A stretch of 53,243 bases of DNA from Candidatus Subterrananammoxibius californiae (GCA_030586555.1 JAURAC010000021.1:1-53243), one strand, 5' to 3'; counted from the stretch's first letter, positions 38,031-48,608 are shown. The notes: generated by a model from the sequence alone, not told the origin. Numbers and translations are program-made.

Positions 38031-38570
38031 ATGTCCTTTACTAATAGGGGTGGAACAGGCTTCCAGCCTGTTAAAGAATTTAAGATTTACAGAAGAAATC
38101 TTCCTCACTGGGAAAATCCTGAAAGTGTTTATTTCATAACCTTCAGAACAGCAAAAAAATTTTTACTTCGAGAGCTGGCAAGAGATGTAGTAAAAGAAAC
38201 ATGTTTATTCCATTCCGGCAATAAGTACGACCTTTTAGCCCTTGTTGTTATGCCCGACCATGTACATATTTTGCTCCAACCTATGGAAAAAGGTGAAAAG
38301 GGATTTTACCCACTTGCAGAAATTCTCCATAGTATAAAAAGTTATTCCGCTAACCAAATCAACAAAATACTTAAAAGACGAGGCACGGTTTGGTTGGATG
38401 AAAGTTTTGACAGAATAGTAAGAGATGAGAATGAGCTTCAGGAAAAATTAAACTACATTATAAATAACCCTCTGAAAAATGGACTTGTTGAAAAAACAGA
38501 AGATTATAAGTGGTTATATGTAAAAGGCTGGTTAGATAAAGACACAGGCAAGATGCCTGTGCCACCCTGA
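38031..38570 (+). mobile_element. REP-associated tyrosine transposase (RAYT, IS200/Y1 family) with flanking REPs
   Basis: RRNLPHW, YFITF, VVMPDHVH (HUH), DRIVRD and YIINNP; REPs ggtggaacaggcttccagcctgt at 38049 and 38714, and cacaggcaagatgcctgtgccacc at 38543. Confidence 0.9.
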
Positions 38571-38818
38571 GATTCCATAAGGACTACATTAAGAAATAGT
38601 GGAACAATTGAAAAAGATGATAGGATAAATGAGAAAACAGAAAGACAAAAGAGAAAGATGGTGGAACAGACTTCCAACCTAAGATCTCATAAGGACTACA
38701 TTTAAAAGGGTGTGGTGGAACAGGCTTCCAGCCTGTTAAATATTGTCATTTACATGGACATCTTCGGGAATGAGAGGCGAGAAGAAAAATCCAGCAAAGC
38801 TTTGTGGAGTAAGGGTAA

Positions 38819-39820
38819 ATGACTAAATTAGAGAGAAACCTTACCGAAAGTAGTATTCAAGCCTTCATTTTGGGATTAGAGATTATCAATAAACTTTCTG
38901 TCTCGTATCGTCTGGAATCTTTTGTTTTTTTATTTTGCAACGCATGGGAATTGTTGTTGAAGGCAACTCTACTAAAACTAAAAGGAAAGCGAGAAATTTT
39001 TTATCGGAAAAAGAGAAAGCAACCTCGAAGAAGTTTGAGCCTTGAAGACTGCCTTAACCGTGTGTTCACATCAGCAAATGATCCAGTTAGACTAAATATT
39101 GAGGAAATAAAACAACTTAGGGATAATGCCACTCACTTGGTCATTCCTTTTATTCCTGCTGATGTAATGGCTTTATTCCAAGCAGGGGTTATCAACTATA
39201 CCAAAAAACTCAATGAATGGCTTGGTATTGACATTTCGAAACGTGTGCCAATAGGCATGATGGCGCTTGTATATGATATTGATCCAAGTCTTCATACTCT
39301 TGATAGTATGGTCATTAAACGAAAGCTACCTGCTGATACTGTAAAGTATTGGAAACATTTTCAGGATTCGGTTAGAGCAAAAGCGCAAACTATAACAACA
39401 GGGATAGAAGCATTCTATATCCCAATCAACTTAAAACTCGCAATTGTTAAGAATCCCCAGAAGGCTGATATTGTTTTAAGCTCCGGGACAGGAGGAAAAG
39501 ATGCTGTAATTATAGAGGTTCCTAAAAATCCTGATACTACCCATCCACACAGACAAACGGAGGTAGTAGAATTAGTAAACCAACGGCTCAGCGAACGAAA
39601 AATTATTAATCCTTACGACGTTCAATCTATTTGCAAGGTGTTCGGGATACGTGGCAAACCTGAATATTGCTATAAGTCAAAATTTGGTCCACCACAGTAT
39701 AGCAATGCCTTCATTGATTTTGTGGTGGAAGAATACAACAGAGACCCTGATTTTTTTGACAAGATAAGGCAAAAACGCAAGATAGAAGCCGCGCATGAGC
39801 GTCAAACTTCTCAAAACTAA
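38819..39820 (+). CDS. DUF3644-like (HEPN-type) protein
   Basis: NAWELLLKA and an RxxxxH motif (RDNATH); C-terminal P..THP...YS..F domain. Confidence 0.7.
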   Translation: MTKLERNLTESSIQAFILGLEIINKLSVSYRLESFVFLFCNAWELLLKATLLKLKGKREIFYRKKRKQPRRSLSLEDCLNRVFTSANDPVRLNIEEIKQLRDNATHLVIPFIPADVMALFQAGVINYTKKLNEWLGIDISKRVPIGMMALVYDIDPSLHTLDSMVIKRKLPADTVKYWKHFQDSVRAKAQTITTGIEAFYIPINLKLAIVKNPQKADIVLSSGTGGKDAVIIEVPKNPDTTHPHRQTEVVELVNQRLSERKIINPYDVQSICKVFGIRGKPEYCYKSKFGPPQYSNAFIDFVVEEYNRDPDFFDKIRQKRKIEAAHERQTSQN

Positions 39821-39849
39821 GGCTCTGCTCATTATAAAGAGCAGAAAAG

Positions 39850-40170
39850 ATGAAAAAGAATATCCCTGACCCAATCATAAAAGAATTATCTGAAACACTC
39901 AAAAAAGAGACGGGGCAGAACATCAAGGATATTATCCTCTTCGGCTCAAGGGCACGGGGTGATTCTTACCCAGATTCAGACTATGACCTTATAGTCTTAG
40001 TGGATAGAGAAACAAAGGAACTCGAGGATAAAATCTTTAACATAGCTTGCGAAATCGGCTGGAGAAATAATGTAATAATTACTGTTTTTGTTCACGAGAA
40101 GACTTATTATGAAAAGAAAAAATACGAGCCCTTTTTCATGAATATACGCAAAGAAGGGATTTATATATGA
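39850..40170 (+). CDS. Minimal nucleotidyltransferase
   Basis: LFGSRARGD....SDYDLIV. Confidence 0.88.
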   Translation: MKKNIPDPIIKELSETLKKETGQNIKDIILFGSRARGDSYPDSDYDLIVLVDRETKELEDKIFNIACEIGWRNNVIITVFVHEKTYYEKKKYEPFFMNIRKEGIYI

Positions 40171-40272
40171 TGAGAAGCGCATATCTTGGTAGACAACGGA
40201 CTTTATGTCCGTTGAATCAACGATGATGAACATCGTTGTCTACCTTTTTAATTTTCTTTAGAGGGATACGCA

Positions 40273-41415
40273 ATGGACTTCAGCCTTACAGAAGAACAGC
40301 GCTTGCTGAAGGAAACGGTCAGGGACTTTGCCCAAACCGAGATAAAGCCCTTTGCCCTTAAATGGGATAAAACAGGCGAGTTTCCAAGCAATGTGCTTAA
40401 GAAGGCTGCGCAACTGGGCTTGATGGGTATTTTTATCCCCACCGAGTATGGCGGCTCGGGCATGGATACCGTGGCGTACGTCCTCGCCCTCGAAGAGATT
40501 TGTAAGGCAGATGCAGGTGTGGGGGTAATTGTTTCCGTGAACAACTCCCTGGTTTGCGACCCCATTTTCCATTTTGGAACAGAGGAGCAAAAGAAAAGGT
40601 ATTTGATTCCTCTTGCAAAGGGTGAGATGTTAGGATGCTTTGCCCTGACAGAATCAGGGGCAGGGTCTGACCCTGCAGGCATGGCAACACAGGCAATAAA
40701 GGAAAACGATTGCTACGTCTTGAACGGGACTAAGTTATTTGCTACAAATGGGGCGCATGCGCAGGTAACTATTACCTTCGCTGTAACGGATAAGGGAAGT
40801 GGAAGCAAAGGAATTTCAGCCTTTATTGTTGAAAGAGGGATGCCCGGTTTTTCCGTCACCAAGGAGGAAGATAAGATGGGGATAAGGTCTTCCGATACCG
40901 CCGAGTTGGTGTTTGAGAATTGCAGAATCCTGAAGGAAAATCTTCTTGGGAAGGAAGGCGACGGGCTCAAGATTGCCCTTGCAACACTGGATGGCGGCAG
41001 GATAGGCATTGCCACCCAGGCGATTGGAATTGCCCAGGCTTGCCTTGAGGAGTCTATAAAATATTCAAAGGAAAGAACCCAGTTTGGCGAACCCATCGCC
41101 AATTTTCAGGCTATAAGGTGGATGCTCAGCGATATGTCAACGGAGATTGAGGCTGCAAGGATGCTTACCTTCAAGGCTGCCTATCTGAAGGATAAAGGAG
41201 TGAGGTATTCCCGCGAGGCTTCAGAAGCCAAACTCTATGCCTCCGAGATGGCTAACAGGGTAGCATACAAGGCAGTTCAGGTATTTGGCGGTTACGGCTA
41301 TATTAAGGATTATCCAGTAGAGAAATATTACAGAGATGTCAGGGTTACGACCCTCTACGAAGGCACATCAGAAATCCAGCGCCTCGTTATTGCAAGGGAA
41401 TTGCTTAAGGATTAA
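40273..41415 (+). CDS. Acyl-CoA (butyryl-CoA-like) dehydrogenase
   Basis: FALTESGAGSD, NGTK, GGRIGIA, GGYGY and YEGTSEIQR. Confidence 0.93.
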   Translation: MDFSLTEEQRLLKETVRDFAQTEIKPFALKWDKTGEFPSNVLKKAAQLGLMGIFIPTEYGGSGMDTVAYVLALEEICKADAGVGVIVSVNNSLVCDPIFHFGTEEQKKRYLIPLAKGEMLGCFALTESGAGSDPAGMATQAIKENDCYVLNGTKLFATNGAHAQVTITFAVTDKGSGSKGISAFIVERGMPGFSVTKEEDKMGIRSSDTAELVFENCRILKENLLGKEGDGLKIALATLDGGRIGIATQAIGIAQACLEESIKYSKERTQFGEPIANFQAIRWMLSDMSTEIEAARMLTFKAAYLKDKGVRYSREASEAKLYASEMANRVAYKAVQVFGGYGYIKDYPVEKYYRDVRVTTLYEGTSEIQRLVIARELLKD

Positions 41416-41542
41416 TGAGTTACGAAGTTGTACAGTCAACGTTGTCAGCGTGCCACGAACAGGCAGATAAGTCCTGGCTACACGCTCCTCACCCACAGGC
41501 ACACGTTTAGAATAAAAAGGACAAATAAGTATCGAACGGCTT

Positions 41543-42826
41543 ATGATTAAAATAGTGGTCGGTAAATACTTTATTTATCTAACATTAATTGCATTGTTAG
41601 CATTAATAACTTGTCGCCCATCTGCGGACCCGCTTATGGAAAAGCCTGCTAATTCAGCAAGACCTTGCCAGTTAGAAATACAAACAATAGGTGATTCACG
41701 GCTTTTTTGTGTAATGGCAAGATACCCTATGCAACTATTTGATAAAAACAACTTTAGACAAAGCAAACCATTATATATACTCAGTGCGGCAGGACTTAAC
41801 TATCTGATACATGCTATTTTCTATACTTTTGGGTTAAATTCAGGACTTATCAAGGGGTATATAACAGAATATCTTTCGTATATTGTTCTCAATTTCTCCT
41901 TCTTATTCTTAGCCATCATATTATTCGACAGGTTATTCGTCCCATCTAAAACAATATCGTTCACCGTTGTTGCATTATCCATTTTTCTACTTGTTAATGA
42001 TGTTGCAATTGTCTATCTATGGTACCCACACACCCAGCTTCTCAACGTATTGCTTTCAATCTTTCTTATTACTATTTCCCGGAAGATTCTTGAGGACCCG
42101 ACCTTGTTTTTAAAACATTTAATACCGATAAGTATTTTATCAGGCATATTGTGCACCCTTTATGGGTCTTTTATCATTGCACTGCCTGTCATAATCATAT
42201 CTTACCTTGTTTCATGTTACATAAACAGAAATAATAATACACATGTTCAGATTGGATTATTGTCAATTGTTGCAAGAATTACTAGCATGGCCGCATTAGT
42301 CATACTACCCACCCTTGTTTGGTTTATAATTATTACAAATGTGACTGGCAATTACTATAATCCCGAATTCTCAAATTCCAGACGGTTTATCTGGGTATTA
42401 GATGTACTGAAAGAGGGTGGCGTTAAGAAGCTTGTTCTGAAATTCTTATACGATGTAACACCCTGGTATATAAAACCGCTGAGCACTGTCTCATGGAAAT
42501 ATCTTCTACTTTTGATAACTTCTTTATCTATATTTCATGTTATGGATATCAAGATAAGAAATATCTCTTACCTCAACAAATTGAATATACTTGCATCCAT
42601 AATATGTATTGTTCCAATTATGTCGTTCTTTTATTTTCAAATTCGTCATCCTTATTATGCACAAGAAAGGTTCTTCTGGAATGTCGTACCTCCAATACTG
42701 GTTATTATTGGCGCATTGTTGTCCGAAATAACACCGAGGCTCAATCATAAAAAAAGATTTTTGATAAATATTGCCTTTTTTCTGACTGCCATTGCGCCGT
42801 TGGCAGTTAATCAAAAGGTTTTTTGA
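41543..42826 (+). CDS. AT-rich polytopic membrane protein (possibly GT-C/polymerase-like)
   Basis: 427 aa with about 10 hydrophobic segments; no motif recognised. Confidence 0.6.
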   Translation: MIKIVVGKYFIYLTLIALLALITCRPSADPLMEKPANSARPCQLEIQTIGDSRLFCVMARYPMQLFDKNNFRQSKPLYILSAAGLNYLIHAIFYTFGLNSGLIKGYITEYLSYIVLNFSFLFLAIILFDRLFVPSKTISFTVVALSIFLLVNDVAIVYLWYPHTQLLNVLLSIFLITISRKILEDPTLFLKHLIPISILSGILCTLYGSFIIALPVIIISYLVSCYINRNNNTHVQIGLLSIVARITSMAALVILPTLVWFIIITNVTGNYYNPEFSNSRRFIWVLDVLKEGGVKKLVLKFLYDVTPWYIKPLSTVSWKYLLLLITSLSIFHVMDIKIRNISYLNKLNILASIICIVPIMSFFYFQIRHPYYAQERFFWNVVPPILVIIGALLSEITPRLNHKKRFLINIAFFLTAIAPLAVNQKVF

Positions 42827-42956
42827 TAGAAAAAGAGCCCCTTACTTTCTGAAATACATCCGAAAAACGTGATTGCAAAACAGCTTGACTTACGTGCCCA
42901 CAAAGGGTAGATTACAATGCAGTAGGTAGTAGATAGTAGACAGTAGATAGGGAAAA

Positions 42957-43310
42957 ATGAAAGCAGAAAAATTTGAAGACCTCGAGGTGTGGAAAAAGGC
43001 ACACAACCTTGTGCTGGAAATCTATAACACTACAAGGGCTTTTCCAACCGAGGAAAAGTTTGGACTTGTTTCTCAGATGCGCCGAGCAGTAGTTTCGATA
43101 CCTGCTAATATTGTCGAGGGATTCAAAAAACGGACTCGTAGGGATAAAACCAACTTTTATAATATTGCTCAAAGTTCCCTCGAAGAATTGCGATACTACT
43201 TGATTCTATCAAAAGACCTCAAATACTTACAGGATAATCAAAATTTAATCAATAACGCTGGAGAAATAGGAAGAATGCTTGGTGGACTTATTCGCTCAAT
43301 TAACGAATGA
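42957..43310 (+). CDS. Four-helix-bundle protein (23S rRNA IVP/bAvd-like)
   Basis: FEDLEVWKKAH...FP.EEKFGL.SQ.RRA.VSIPANI.EG...SLEE..Y. Confidence 0.9.
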   Translation: MKAEKFEDLEVWKKAHNLVLEIYNTTRAFPTEEKFGLVSQMRRAVVSIPANIVEGFKKRTRRDKTNFYNIAQSSLEELRYYLILSKDLKYLQDNQNLINNAGEIGRMLGGLIRSINE

Positions 43311-43364
43311 CCACCTATATGCTATCTACTACCTACTATCTACTTATTTTGAGGTAGCTTAATA

Positions 43365-44447
43365 ATGACCGAATTTATAACTCGCAACTCGCTACTCGCA
43401 ACTCGCAACTCGTACAAAGCGCTGGCATTGCTTTCGGGTGGGCTTGATAGCACCCTCGCAGTCAAGGTAATAATGGAGCAAGGGATAGAGGTTATTGCCC
43501 TCAACTTTGTAACCGTGTTCTGCAGATGCACCTCACACGGGAAATGCAAGCTCGAGGCGGTAAAGGTTGCAGAGAATTTTGGCATACAAATCAAGGTCTT
43601 AAACTGCACCGAGCGATTCGTTGAAATTGTAAAGAAACCAAAATTCGGCTACGGCAGCAATATGAACCCCTGCATAGACTGCCGCATCAACTACTTCAGA
43701 ACAGCCGGGGAATACATGAAGGAAATCGGGGCATCGTTTATCATTACAGGCGAGGTGCTCGGACAGAGGCCCATGTCCCAGCGAAGGGATGCCATGAAAC
43801 TGATTGACAAGGAGGCAGGTCTTACTGGCTATGTATTAAGACCATTGTGCGCCAGGCATCTTGAACCTACGATACCAGAAAAATTGGGCATTGTGGACAG
43901 GGAAAAATTGCTCAGCATAAAGGGCCGTTCACGTAAGGAACAGATACAGCTCGCAGACATATTTCAGATTAAGGACTATCCCTGCTCCGCCGGCGGGTGT
44001 CTCTTAACGGACCCTGAGTTTGCCCACAGGATGAAGGATTTAATTACACATTGCGATGCCAGCGTGAACGATGTTCATCTGCTCAAGGTTGGCAGACACT
44101 TCCGCCTCGACCCTAAGACCAAGGTCATAATGGGCCGCAGGGATGAGGAAAACGAGAGAATCCAAACCCTCTCTCAGGATGGCGACGTCCTGCTTCAACT
44201 TGTTGATATACCTGGACCATTAACATTAGTACGTGGAGAGGCAACGCAAAATAATATTTTACTTGCCGCACGCCTTACGGCAAGGTGCAGCAAGGCACAG
44301 TACTTATCCTCTGCAAACGTGGCTATCATCAACAATAATACTAAGGAGGTAACAAGAATCATAAACGTTACCCCTGCCGAAACATCGCTTGAGCAGGAAT
44401 TATTGATAAGAAAGATAAAGACAGATGGACTGGAGTGCATCCATTGA
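43365..44447 (+). CDS. ThiI/MnmA-like PP-loop tRNA sulfurtransferase with a DUF814-like C-terminus
   Basis: SGGLDS, NPCIDCR, TGEVLGQRPMSQ, GGCLLT and GRHFR. Confidence 0.8.
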   Translation: MTEFITRNSLLATRNSYKALALLSGGLDSTLAVKVIMEQGIEVIALNFVTVFCRCTSHGKCKLEAVKVAENFGIQIKVLNCTERFVEIVKKPKFGYGSNMNPCIDCRINYFRTAGEYMKEIGASFIITGEVLGQRPMSQRRDAMKLIDKEAGLTGYVLRPLCARHLEPTIPEKLGIVDREKLLSIKGRSRKEQIQLADIFQIKDYPCSAGGCLLTDPEFAHRMKDLITHCDASVNDVHLLKVGRHFRLDPKTKVIMGRRDEENERIQTLSQDGDVLLQLVDIPGPLTLVRGEATQNNILLAARLTARCSKAQYLSSANVAIINNNTKEVTRIINVTPAETSLEQELLIRKIKTDGLECIH

Positions 44448-44468
44448 AAATAAATCAGGGGGTATAAA

Positions 44469-44822
44469 GTGAGCAGAAAATACAGTAATCCACCTGTTGT
44501 AGAAGCATTTAGGGAATTAGAGAACCTCTACATCTTTGACAACTCGAAAGAAATAGAAAACTTCCTCCTAACTAATGATTATCTGATAGAAATTCTCTTT
44601 GAAGCCCCAGAACATATTTATAGGATTTTTGGACATGTTCCTATTCATCTTGAACTTCATCATGACCATGAAGAAGGTTGGGATGAACTCTTTATTGTTG
44701 TCAAATCTGCATATAGTGCGGAGGAAGCAATAAGGCTTGAAAATAGACTTGCAGAGGAATGGTTCCTTGATAGGATGAAGGACACCAAAGGAAAGCTGAA
44801 CATTATAGAAGAACCATTATGA
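44469..44822 (+). CDS. Hypothetical protein, putative HEPN partner
   Basis: Acidic 117-aa ORF coupled by an ATGA overlap to the HEPN gene. Confidence 0.6.
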   Translation: MSRKYSNPPVVEAFRELENLYIFDNSKEIENFLLTNDYLIEILFEAPEHIYRIFGHVPIHLELHHDHEEGWDELFIVVKSAYSAEEAIRLENRLAEEWFLDRMKDTKGKLNIIEEPL

Positions 44823-45151
44823 GTTTCGATTGGAAGGATTATGTTTATCTTGCCGATAATCTTCTGAACCAAACAGGAGAATCTTACCTCAGATCTTCTA
44901 TAAGCAGAGCTTATTATGGCGTATTTTGCATTGCAAGAAATAGGAAAGGTTATAAGAGCTACACGGGGCAGGATAACATACACTGGAAGGTCATAAATGA
45001 ATACAAGAGTTCGAGCAATAAAAACGAACAAAACATCGGGCGGATTCTTGATAAACTCAGAAAAACAAGGAACGATGCAGACTATGACGAGGACAAACCT
45101 ATTACTAAAGCTATTGCTCAAAGGGGTGTGCTTTCAGCTAAACAGATTTAA
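44819..45151 (+). CDS. HEPN-domain protein (UPF0332-like)
   Basis: RSSISRAYY..F and LRKTRNDADY. Confidence 0.8.
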   Translation: MSFDWKDYVYLADNLLNQTGESYLRSSISRAYYGVFCIARNRKGYKSYTGQDNIHWKVINEYKSSSNKNEQNIGRILDKLRKTRNDADYDEDKPITKAIAQRGVLSAKQI

Positions 45152-45242
45152 AAAAACATGGGGATTCCCTTTACGTAAGCAAGACTATAAAGGAACAAGA
45201 GGTTTCTTTTCCCAATTTTAACTCTGCGGAAGGTTTAAGAAT

Positions 45243-45512
45243 ATGGTAATGGAATACCAGCAGAAAAAGGCTATTAAGATAGTGCTGTGGACAAATGTTT
45301 CAAAGATTGAAGGCACTACGTTCTCTTTGCAAAGTGTTTCTTGTTCAAAGAACAATCGCCTTTCGGATTTAATGAATTTTGAAGAGCAGACATTTCTTCC
45401 CATTTCTGATGCCAAAATCTATTCCGCCACCACCAACGAACTTATCGGGGAAACGAATTTCGTAAACGTTAACAAACGACACATAATTATGATTGCTGAA
45501 GCAAAAAAGTAA
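45243..45512 (+). CDS. Small hypothetical protein
   Basis: RLSDLMN...FLPISDA...FVNVNK.HI pattern typical of a small beta-rich conserved family. Confidence 0.6.
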   Translation: MVMEYQQKKAIKIVLWTNVSKIEGTTFSLQSVSCSKNNRLSDLMNFEEQTFLPISDAKIYSATTNELIGETNFVNVNKRHIIMIAEAKK

Positions 45513-45533
45513 TTTTTACAGTTATATGTATCC

Positions 45534-48500
45534 ATGCAAGCGCACCTTTTAAATAGAATGAAGTCTACTTTTTTTTGTCTTACCTTTTTATTCCTCCAGC
45601 TTTTAATCGTGTTATCCGTTCTGGCACATGATACAAAACAAACACCACAGAATAAGCCAGAAAAGACCCATGCGGAAGGTAGTAGGGCATCCGCCTCAGG
45701 CGGACAACGTGCCCCTACTAATTACGATTTAACACCCTTAGGATACTTTGGCGGAACGTGTACAAAGGTTTTTGTCGTTAATAATCGTCTTTTTGCAACT
45801 ACGGCAAACGGTCTGCTGATTTTTGATATTAGCGAACCCGGCTCTCCGACACTCAAGGGTAGATATAGGACACCCGTCCATGCGCAGGGAATCTTTGTCT
45901 CAGATGAAATAGCGTATATTGCAACTGCCTCCAGCGGTTTACTTCTCATTGATGTCAAAAAGCCCGAAGAGCCCATGCTTCTCGGCGCATACGATACCCC
46001 TGGTACTGCATACAATGTTTATGTAAACGGTAGCACAGCCTATGTTGCTGATGGCGAGGGTGGTATCAAGATAATAGATGTAAGCAATCCACGCACACCG
46101 ACACTCCTTGGTAATTATGATACCCCAGGTTCTGCACAGGATGTTTTTGTAAAGGACGATATAGCTTACGTTGCTGATGGAACAAGAGGCATTCAAATAA
46201 TAGACGTCCATGACCCATCCGCCGCAGGCGGACCAAAATTAATGGGTATTTACGATACAGACCGTTTTGCAACAGGTCTCTGTGTTAGTGACGGACTAGC
46301 CTTTGTTGCCGATGGCGAATTTGGCGGCTTGCAAATTATTGATGTGAGCCGCCCAAATAAACCTAAATACATAAGTAGCTATAATACCCGGGGACAGGCT
46401 GTTAGTGTTTGTGTGGAAAAGAATATAGCCTACGTTGCCGATGGTTATGGCGGTCTTCAGATAATCGGTGTCACCAACGTACGCAAGCCCGTACTTCTTG
46501 CCAGTTATGACACAACGGGTGCGGTACTAAGCGTTCGCATTGCTGAGAACATCGCTTATTTAGCCGATGGAGAAGGAGGTTTTCAGGTAATTGCTATTGA
46601 TAGCCCACGCAATCCTAAGACCCTCTTTCGTTATGCTACTTGCGGTTCAGCATGGGATGTCTATGTAACTGATGCTATTGCCTGCGTAGCTAACGGAGAG
46701 AGCGGTCTGGGAATAATTGACATAAGTGACCCACGAAATCCCACCTTCTTAAGCAATCTTGATACCCCGGATTCAGTTAGAAGTGTTCATGTTGTCAATA
46801 ACATTGCCTATGTAGCTGATGGCGAAAGTGGTTTGCAAATAATTGATGTAAGCAACCCAACTACACCTGAACTGATATGTAATTATAATACACCTGGCCC
46901 TGCTTGGAATGTTTACGTAAAGGATAATATTGCTTATATTGCCAGTGGCTCTGAAGGCTTGCAGATACTCGATGTGCGCAATTCCGTTCAACCAAAACCG
47001 CTGGGCAATTTTGGCGCTGTAAGTGAAACGGTTGGCGTTTGTATAGTAGACAACATCGCATGTATTATTGACTACGAAGAAGGCTTGCAGACGGTTGACG
47101 TTAGTAACCCTGAGGAACCAGTTCTGCTCGGCGCTTACAAAACCGCTGGGTCTCCGAGGAATATATGCGTTAAGAACAATATAGCATTCATTGCCGAGCA
47201 TTCAAACGGCATGGAAATAATAGATATAAGTGACCCTGTTAATCCAAAAATGCTCTGCAACTATGATACGCCGGGAGAGACCCAGCAGATTCGTATCCTT
47301 GGCGACATGGCATATCTTGCCGACCGTTCTGGAGGTTTGCAGATAATTGACATTAAAAACACTGACAAACCGCATCTCGTTGGGCATTACAAGATACCTG
47401 GAGAGGCGTGGGGTGTACACGGAACCGAAAGCGTGATTTGCATCGCCGCCTGGGATGCGGGTCTTCAGGTAATAGGCAAATGTCCACCAATACTGAACCC
47501 TATTGCTGACAAATCTATCAAAGAAGGCGAACGATTAGAGTTTACTATTTCAGGAAGCAAGACAGGCGTGGAAAAACCTTTACTAATGTATTCTGCCGTT
47601 AATCTGCCACGGGGGGCATCATTTGACCCTGTATCGCAAACATTTCGTTGGAGACCTGGATATGATGCATCTGGTGTTTATAATGTAACCTTTATGTGTT
47701 GTGACGATAGCACGCCAAGGTTATGCGATTCAAAAACCGTCAGGATTACCGTTACAGATATAAATAACCCACCAATGCTAAACCCCATTGGCAACAAAAC
47801 AATAATAGAAGGTAACCCCTTGCAATTTACCATTTCAGCCACAGACGTTGAAACGAAGAGCAATGCTTTAACTTTTTTTGCAACAGGCATGCCGCAAGGC
47901 GCATCCTTTAACCCAAAGACTCGAAGGTTTAGCTGGACCCCGAGTTCTGAGGATGTAGGGAATCACGAAGTGACCTTTACCGTAACGGACAACGGAATTC
48001 CCCCTACAAGCGCCGCAGAGACCATAAAGATAGCCGTTGAAAAATTTAATCCTCCACCCGTCATTGAACGCATTGGCGATAAAAAGATAAACGAAGGCGC
48101 ATCCATTCAAATAAGCGTTAAAGCTGCGAATGAAGATTTCAATACACTAACGTACTCCGCAACACCATTGCCAAAAGGAGCATCCATTGACCCATCCACA
48201 GGCATATTTAGCTGGGAGCCCACCTGTGCCGATGTGGGTACGCACATTATTACATTCTCCTGCTGTGATAACGGAACCCCTCCGCAATACGCTACCGAGA
48301 TGGTTAGAATTACAGTGACAAGAACCAATAGCCGTCCTGTAATAGAACCGATTAGTGACATGAGTATCCATGTAAATGAGCCTTTAGTGTTTACTATAAA
48401 TGCAACCGACCCGGACGCCGAATGCGATGCCCTTACATACTCAGCCATAAGTTTGCCAGATGGCGCATCGTTTGACCCTGTCAAAGGAATGTTTAGCTGG

Positions 48501-48608
48501 AAACCAAGCAATAAAGATATTGGCACACATATTGTAGTATTCATGTGTTGCGACAGCGGTGAACCTCCACTCTGCGACTCAAAAGCCGTTATTATTAACG
48601 TTTATTAG
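45534..48608 (+). CDS. Secreted LVIVD-repeat beta-propeller protein with four Ig/cadherin-like domains
   Basis: About 13 AYVADG..GLQIIDVS.P repeats; four P.GA.F.P....F.W.P repeats. Confidence 0.88.
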   Translation: MQAHLLNRMKSTFFCLTFLFLQLLIVLSVLAHDTKQTPQNKPEKTHAEGSRASASGGQRAPTNYDLTPLGYFGGTCTKVFVVNNRLFATTANGLLIFDISEPGSPTLKGRYRTPVHAQGIFVSDEIAYIATASSGLLLIDVKKPEEPMLLGAYDTPGTAYNVYVNGSTAYVADGEGGIKIIDVSNPRTPTLLGNYDTPGSAQDVFVKDDIAYVADGTRGIQIIDVHDPSAAGGPKLMGIYDTDRFATGLCVSDGLAFVADGEFGGLQIIDVSRPNKPKYISSYNTRGQAVSVCVEKNIAYVADGYGGLQIIGVTNVRKPVLLASYDTTGAVLSVRIAENIAYLADGEGGFQVIAIDSPRNPKTLFRYATCGSAWDVYVTDAIACVANGESGLGIIDISDPRNPTFLSNLDTPDSVRSVHVVNNIAYVADGESGLQIIDVSNPTTPELICNYNTPGPAWNVYVKDNIAYIASGSEGLQILDVRNSVQPKPLGNFGAVSETVGVCIVDNIACIIDYEEGLQTVDVSNPEEPVLLGAYKTAGSPRNICVKNNIAFIAEHSNGMEIIDISDPVNPKMLCNYDTPGETQQIRILGDMAYLADRSGGLQIIDIKNTDKPHLVGHYKIPGEAWGVHGTESVICIAAWDAGLQVIGKCPPILNPIADKSIKEGERLEFTISGSKTGVEKPLLMYSAVNLPRGASFDPVSQTFRWRPGYDASGVYNVTFMCCDDSTPRLCDSKTVRITVTDINNPPMLNPIGNKTIIEGNPLQFTISATDVETKSNALTFFATGMPQGASFNPKTRRFSWTPSSEDVGNHEVTFTVTDNGIPPTSAAETIKIAVEKFNPPPVIERIGDKKINEGASIQISVKAANEDFNTLTYSATPLPKGASIDPSTGIFSWEPTCADVGTHIITFSCCDNGTPPQYATEMVRITVTRTNSRPVIEPISDMSIHVNEPLVFTINATDPDAECDALTYSAISLPDGASFDPVKGMFSWKPSNKDIGTHIVVFMCCDSGEPPLCDSKAVIINVY

